This document shows, piece by piece, positions 58,812 through 64,000 of a DNA stretch of 64,000 nt. Below the pieces are notes generated by a model. It saw only the letters and a program-made list of their open reading frames with translations, did not search any database and had not been told where the DNA came from. The stretch lies in assembly GCA_963798845.1 (NCBI GenBank), contig CAWCUS010000001.1, positions 288,001 through 352,000 of the forward strand. The letters are read 5' to 3'. The stretch is from an uncultured Gemmatimonadales bacterium. GTDB lineage: Bacteria; Gemmatimonadota; Gemmatimonadetes; Longimicrobiales; RSA9. Every line of letters begins with the position of its first letter. Position 1 is the stretch's first letter. The position numbers were made by a program, and so were the translations under genes.

Positions 58812-61616
58812 TCAGTGCCCATCCGCGACTGCGGCGGCCCCCGTGTCGGGCTTGGGATCGAGCCCGAGGCCAAGGTCATTCCAGTTCAGGATGGCGTTCC
58901 AGAGGAAGCCGAAATCCACGAAATTCTGGAAGCGCTGGATCGGGTTGAAGCCGAAGAGGACGTAGTTCCCCTTGCCGACCGGGAGCGTGATGAGCGCGGG
59001 CTTGTCGGCCAGCTCTCCGGGGTTCTGAACGAGTCCGGACAGGAACAGCTGCTTGGCCGGCGCGTACTGGACGACCACGTTCTTCTCGTGGTCGTCATCC
59101 ACGACGAGGTACGGTCCGAAGCGGTGGTGCAGCGTCACATCGCTGCCGTAGCCGTACGTGAGCGGGCTCGCCGGCTGCTCCACACGTCCCTGCACCAGCG
59201 AGCCGGGAACGAACAGCCCGGGAGGGGAGGTGGTGGAGATGCCCCGGACGAGTCCCATGTCGATGGGGAGCGTGGCGGCGGAGCGAAGTCCGATGAACGT
59301 GCCGCCCTCGTCCACGAAGTCGCGCAACGCAATCAGCCCTTCGTAGCCGATCCCTCCGGTCATGTCGGCTGTGGCGTCGGGGTACCCGAGGGAAGGGTGG
59401 TCGCTCGAGCTCTGGTACGGGAGCGGCCCATCCTTCGGGTCGATTCCCGCGAAGATCGCCCTGCCGTCCCCGCCCTGGTCGGGGAAGACGATGACGTCGT
59501 AGCGCTTCTTCAGGTCCTTCGACGCCCGCAGGCGATCGACGCCCACGTAGGCGTACGGGATACCGAACGTGTCGAACGCGTAGCGGACCCACCCCTCCTG
59601 CTGCGTCGACCGCCAGGAGTGCAGGAGCATGATGCGCGGGAGATCGAGCGCATGACGCCGAACGCCGGCCAGCACACTGTCCGGCGCGCCAAGCACATCG
59701 GCGCCGAAGCGTCGGGCGAGCTCCTGCATGCGCGCGGCATCGGCGTCGCGGCTGCGCACGAGCCAGGCGCCGGCCGGAATCTCGGTCGAATCCAGTGCCA
59801 CGGGCGCTTCCAGGACCTCCACGCGGGTGCGCCCGAGCCAGACACGGGCGGGGAGGGAGTAGGCAGAGAGGTCCGGCTTGACCAGCCACCAGTCCGGCCG
59901 CGTGCCGAGCACGGTCCCGGGCGCCGCGACCTCGTCGCCCGACGTCATCGCCATCTGCTGGATCGCCGGGTCGTCCACCGCCTCGACCGTCACGTCGAAC
60001 ATGAGCGGGAACGTCCAAGCCACGTCATCGTACGGCCGCGGCGCGTCCGCCGGGAAATGCTGCACCTGCATGAGGGTGAGGATGAAATTGCGGTAGGGCT
60101 GGTCCATGCGAACCACCCAGTCGCCGGGATGGACCACTACCGTGTCCGTCGCCGCGAACGTGTCCGCGGCGGCTGCACGCGATACCTCGATCCCCTGCCG
60201 GCGCAGGAGGTCGAGCATGTAGGTCATGTTGGCGCGGTGAGGCTGGGCAGCCGGCACCACGTACGCGTACGGCTTCTCCGTGCGCCCCTTGTTCAGCGAG
60301 TTGGATGCCTTCGTCCAGTACTGCCGGAGGATCTGAGAGCGGTTCCTGGCCGACAGCGAAAGCGCCGCCAGCAGCCCCGTCTCCATGTAGTTCGTGTTGT
60401 TGCGCAGCGACCAGAGCGTGGTGTCCCGCGGCGGGAGCGGCCGGTACCACTCCACGTCCGTAGCCGAGGAGCGCAGCGTCCGCTCGCGCGTCCACGGGAC
60501 CATGTTGCCGAACGTCTCGTAGAAACGCCCGGTGGCGTTGCGTGTGTTCGTCACCCACAGCAGGTAGGTGGGGTTCCAGCCGTCGTAGAACCCGTGCGTC
60601 CAGACGCCCGGCATCCCCAGCGCCGTGAGCGAAGTCACCTCATAGTTTGCGAACCACTGCCACTCGCCGATCGTGACCGGGTCGACCGTCGCGTTGTACG
60701 GCCCTGTCCCCGTGGACGTGTACAGGTACGGCACCGACTCGTGCAGATCGTGACCCAGCGGATAGCGCCAGTCCAGGAAGAGATCCACCAGCTCCTGCGT
60801 CAGCCGCGCCGACAGCTGCAAGCCGTCCCGGTTGTTGTCGTGCATGATGTACTTGCCCCAGTACGGCGGCCCGCGGAACGCCTTCGTCGTGTCGGCCGTC
60901 GGGTAATTCACCCGGATCCAGTCCACCACCCGGTCCCGTCCGTCCGGCTCCGCGACCGGCGTGATGAACACCACCACACTGTCGCGGATCGTCCTGATCA
61001 TCGGGTCGTCCGACACCGCGAGCCGGTACGCGAGCTCCATCGTCATCTCCGGCGGCCCCGTCTCGGTGGAGTGGAGCCCGCCCGTCATCGCGTAGACCAC
61101 CGGCAGCGTGGCAATGAGACTGTCCGCCTCCGCCGGGGACGTGCCACGCGGGTCCGCCAGAGACCGCAGCCCCGCCTTCACCGCGTCCAGCCGGGCCAGG
61201 TTCGCCTCGCTCCCGATCATCGCGACCGCCAGCCGGCGCCCCTCCTCCGTCGCGCCGAGCAGCATCCAGCGCACCCGTGGCGACGCGTCCGCCAGCGCGG
61301 AAAAGTACCCGTAGATCTCGTCCACCTTGTGCAACACCCCCGGTTGCCCGATGGCGTGACCGAAGTGGTCGCTCGGCGACGGCACAGCGGCGGCGTCCGG
61401 CAGATAATCGACCCACGCGCTCGTGTATTCCGGCATCGTGGTCCACGAACGGACCTCGCGCGTGGCTTCCGCCTCGATCGGCTGACCCCACGGCGTGGCG
61501 GCAGGGATCGCGATCGTGTCCGCCCAGCGGAACGTCTGCGGCGGCTCGGGCGCTTCCTGCGCCTGCAGCGGATGGGCGAAGGCTACGACCAGAGCCAGGA
61601 CGGCAGCGTTGCGCAT
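58812..61616 (-). CDS. Exported M14-family zinc carboxypeptidase
   Basis: Signal peptide; LHSTE, EPDG, HDNNRD, HDLHES. Confidence 0.88.
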   Translation of the reverse strand: MRNAAVLALVVAFAHPLQAQEAPEPPQTFRWADTIAIPAATPWGQPIEAEATREVRSWTTMPEYTSAWVDYLPDAAAVPSPSDHFGHAIGQPGVLHKVDEIYGYFSALADASPRVRWMLLGATEEGRRLAVAMIGSEANLARLDAVKAGLRSLADPRGTSPAEADSLIATLPVVYAMTGGLHSTETGPPEMTMELAYRLAVSDDPMIRTIRDSVVVFITPVAEPDGRDRVVDWIRVNYPTADTTKAFRGPPYWGKYIMHDNNRDGLQLSARLTQELVDLFLDWRYPLGHDLHESVPYLYTSTGTGPYNATVDPVTIGEWQWFANYEVTSLTALGMPGVWTHGFYDGWNPTYLLWVTNTRNATGRFYETFGNMVPWTRERTLRSSATDVEWYRPLPPRDTTLWSLRNNTNYMETGLLAALSLSARNRSQILRQYWTKASNSLNKGRTEKPYAYVVPAAQPHRANMTYMLDLLRRQGIEVSRAAAADTFAATDTVVVHPGDWVVRMDQPYRNFILTLMQVQHFPADAPRPYDDVAWTFPLMFDVTVEAVDDPAIQQMAMTSGDEVAAPGTVLGTRPDWWLVKPDLSAYSLPARVWLGRTRVEVLEAPVALDSTEIPAGAWLVRSRDADAARMQELARRFGADVLGAPDSVLAGVRRHALDLPRIMLLHSWRSTQQEGWVRYAFDTFGIPYAYVGVDRLRASKDLKKRYDVIVFPDQGGDGRAIFAGIDPKDGPLPYQSSSDHPSLGYPDATADMTGGIGYEGLIALRDFVDEGGTFIGLRSAATLPIDMGLVRGISTTSPPGLFVPGSLVQGRVEQPASPLTYGYGSDVTLHHRFGPYLVVDDDHEKNVVVQYAPAKQLFLSGLVQNPGELADKPALITLPVGKGNYVLFGFNPIQRFQNFVDFGFLWNAILNWNDLGLGLDPKPDTGAAAVADGH

Positions 61617-61706
61617 GGCGCGTCTCCATTTCGGGGTGTGGCCGGCATCATGCGCGCCCCCGGCCGCGCGCGCAACTCGGGGGGCGGAGCGTGCGACAAC
61701 GTCCTC

Positions 61707-62054
61707 TCAGGCCCGCGCCTCCGCCACCAGCACAGGCAATTCACGCACGAATGCGCCCCGCGGCATCACCCGGTGCGCGCCAGCGCCCTCCGCGGCCGCG
61801 AGCGCCGCCTCGTTTACGTGCGGCCCGAACGCCACTACCCGCGCCGACGGGGCACGCTCCCGGACCTGCTCTATCGCCGCCACCGCCTCCCGCGCCTGCA
61901 TGTCGACGAGCACCAGACGCGTGCCCCCTCCCACGTTCGCGAGCAACCCTTTCAGCGACTGCACCGCCGCGGCGCCGGGCGCAACGCTCCGGATCCTCGC
62001 CGCGAACATCAGGTCCGCCGTGAGTGCAGCCACGGCCGGTCCGTCGTTTTGCAT
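61707..62054 (-). CDS. Atypical stand-alone receiver-like protein
   Basis: ADLMF...LVLVDM...VVAFGPHV...VMPRGAF; CheY-like pattern without the canonical Lys. Confidence 0.65.
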   Translation of the reverse strand: MQNDGPAVAALTADLMFAARIRSVAPGAAAVQSLKGLLANVGGGTRLVLVDMQAREAVAAIEQVRERAPSARVVAFGPHVNEAALAAAEGAGAHRVMPRGAFVRELPVLVAEARA

Positions 62055-62092
62055 GTCTTTGTCGTTCAACGTTTTGTGTCCTTTCCGGGAGG

Positions 62093-62133
62093 AATAATCA
62101 CTATTGACAGGGCCGAGATAGGCCGGTTACGTT
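62093..62133 (+). promoter_or_regulatory. Promoter of the Fur-family gene with overlapping Fur/PerR-like operator
   Basis: AATAAT-C-ACTATT inverted repeat overlapping TTGACA-N18-TACGTT. Confidence 0.6.
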
Positions 62134-62140
62134 ACGCTCG

Positions 62141-62587
62141 ATGCTGAGAGCCCACGATGATCAGGACACCGACGCGCGGCTCCGGGCGGCGCTGGAAGCC
62201 AACGGCCAGCGCTTCACGGAGCAGCGGGCCGCGGTGTATCGCTACCTGCGCAGCACCGACAGGCACCCGTCCGCGGACGCAGTGTTCACGGCGGTGCGCG
62301 AGGTGATCCCCGACATATCGCTGGCGACGGTCTACAAGTCGCTGGAGACACTGGTGAGCTGCGCGCTTGCCAGCAAGCTGACGTACGGCGACGGGTCGGC
62401 CCGCTACGACGGTCGCACGGACCCGCACCCGCACGCGCGGTGCCTGTCGTGCGGCCAGGTGCGGGACCTCCCCGGGCACCTGGACGCCCACACGGTGACG
62501 GGTCTGGGCGACATCCCCGGGTTCGAGGTCGAAGCCTACCGCGTCGAGGTAGTGGGCACGTGCGCGGAGTGCGGCCGGTCCGACTGA
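62141..62587 (+). CDS. Fur-family transcriptional regulator (PerR-like)
   Basis: RFTEQR, HPSAD, ISLATVYKSL, HPHARCLSC, CAEC. Confidence 0.95.
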   Translation: MLRAHDDQDTDARLRAALEANGQRFTEQRAAVYRYLRSTDRHPSADAVFTAVREVIPDISLATVYKSLETLVSCALASKLTYGDGSARYDGRTDPHPHARCLSCGQVRDLPGHLDAHTVTGLGDIPGFEVEAYRVEVVGTCAECGRSD

Positions 62588-63053
62588 GGTCGCCGCGCGC
62601 GTGACCGCCGGCACATGTCGGCGACACGGCCGCCGCTGGTTCAACCGGGCCAGCTCATCCGCCCCCGCTGGCGAATCCTCTCCGCCCATCCCCTTCCCCG
62701 TTCTCCCGCCCGACCCCGGGGTTCCGGCTCCTCCCGTCAATGCGCGCGCCTTTCGGCCGTTCTCGGCGCCCGGCGCGGCTCGTGCGGGGGGAGCCCGGGC
62801 GGGTCGCGTTTCCGGGGCCGCAGTATGGCGTCATGTTCACGGAAATGGCCACACCGGGTAAAACGCGCCGCCAGAACGGTCGTTGAATGCGCCGAATTGT
62901 GCATTTTGTACGCGACGCATGTAACAAGAAGCACAATGCCGTTGACAGAGCGGGCTGTTCGATGATATCTACGTGCGTCCGTCCACGCACACCCGCACAG
63001 CGAGGCCGTACATGGCGCAGGGGAACTCCGGAAACACGAGCACGATCGAGAGA

Positions 63054-64000
63054 ATGAGCCGAGTGACGAACGACCTGGTTCCGGACCACAAGGTCCGGCC
63101 GATGCCGGACGCGGAGACACGGCGGACGGCGGGGGCGACGAAGGAAGACGTGATGGGGATGATGGAGCGAACGGGGGTGCGCTTCCTCCGTCTCCAGTTC
63201 ACGGACATCACGGGCGCGGTGAAGAACGTGGAGGTCCCGGAGAGCCAGTTCGAGAAAGCGCTGGAAGGGGACATCATGTTCGACGGCTCGTCGATCGAGG
63301 GTTTCGTCCGGATCGAGGAGTCGGACATGATCCTGAAGCCGGACTTCGACACGTTCTCGATCTACCCGTGGGGGGACGCCGACAATCGTGTGGGTCGTCT
63401 GATCTGCGACGTGTACACGTCGGACGAGAGGCCGTTCGCCGGGGATCCGCGGCAGGTACTGAAGCGGCAGATCGCGGCGGCGGCGGAAATGGGGTACGGC
63501 CTCATGGCGGGTGTGGAGGCGGAGTTCTTCCTGTTCCATCGGACGGAGGACGGGGCGCCGACGCGGCGGACGCACGACGCGGGCGGCTACTTCGACCTGG
63601 GTCCGGTGGACCTCGGAGAGATCGCGCGTCGGGACATGGTGAACATGCTGACGGCGATGGGATTCGAGGTGGAGGCGGCGCATCACGAGGTGGCGCAGGG
63701 ACAGCACGAGATCGATTTCAAATACGAGGACGCGCTGACCACGGCGGACCACCTGTCGACGTTCAAGTTCGTGGTACGGAACATCGCGGTGAGGCACGGA
63801 CTGCATGCCACGTTCATGCCGAAGCCGATCTTCGGGCAGAACGGCTCGGGGATGCACACGCATCAGAGCCTGTTCGCGGGAGGGACGAACGCGTTCTACG
63901 ACCCGTCGCACGAGGACGGGCTGTCGGACGTGATGCGGCACTATGTGGGCGGGATCCTCAAGCACGCGCGCTCGTTCTGCGTGGTCACGAATCCGCTGGT
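63054..64000 (+). CDS. glnA: Type I glutamine synthetase, 3' end cut by the window edge
   Basis: Hand-translated (not in ORF track): FLRLQFTDITG, FDGSSIEGFVRIEESDM, EAEFFLF, HHEVAQGQHEIDF, ATFMPKP...NGSGMHTHQSL; alternative start 63012. Confidence 0.97.
   Translation, partial: MSRVTNDLVPDHKVRPMPDAETRRTAGATKEDVMGMMERTGVRFLRLQFTDITGAVKNVEVPESQFEKALEGDIMFDGSSIEGFVRIEESDMILKPDFDTFSIYPWGDADNRVGRLICDVYTSDERPFAGDPRQVLKRQIAAAAEMGYGLMAGVEAEFFLFHRTEDGAPTRRTHDAGGYFDLGPVDLGEIARRDMVNMLTAMGFEVEAAHHEVAQGQHEIDFKYEDALTTADHLSTFKFVVRNIAVRHGLHATFMPKPIFGQNGSGMHTHQSLFAGGTNAFYDPSHEDGLSDVMRHYVGGILKHARSFCVVTNPL

Overview
A very GC-rich bacterial chromosomal segment of mostly core genes. Gene content and order suggest Gemmatimonadota/FCB group (inference). 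Recognisable genes: a YpdA-type flavoprotein reductase, penicillin acylase, a Cys/Met PLP enzyme, lepA, an mfd-PPIase-surA-pdxA-ftsE-ftsX-envC-holB run, moaC, two lytic transglycosylases, guaB, egtD, acs, a DksA/TraR protein, a Fur-family regulator and the start of glnA, plus several exported peptidases and transporters. I saw no mobile element, CRISPR array, rRNA or tRNA. Main points of interest: (i) a STAS-GHKL kinase plus STAS-wHTH pair coupled to two sugar kinases and two glycosyltransferases, one GT29-like; (ii) a SurA N-terminal tandem repeat in which every unit carries a D-(S/T)-(V/I/T) motif matching the Bacteroidota O-glycosylation sequon; (iii) an aeRF1-like gene broken by one extra base and lacking the catalytic Gln; (iv) egtD divergent from a betaine-type ABC importer; (v) two paralogous proteins with a LeuA-regulatory-like domain; (vi) abrupt local C/G skew flips at AT-richer intergenic islands. 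Product calls come from motif recognition by eye; no searches were run.
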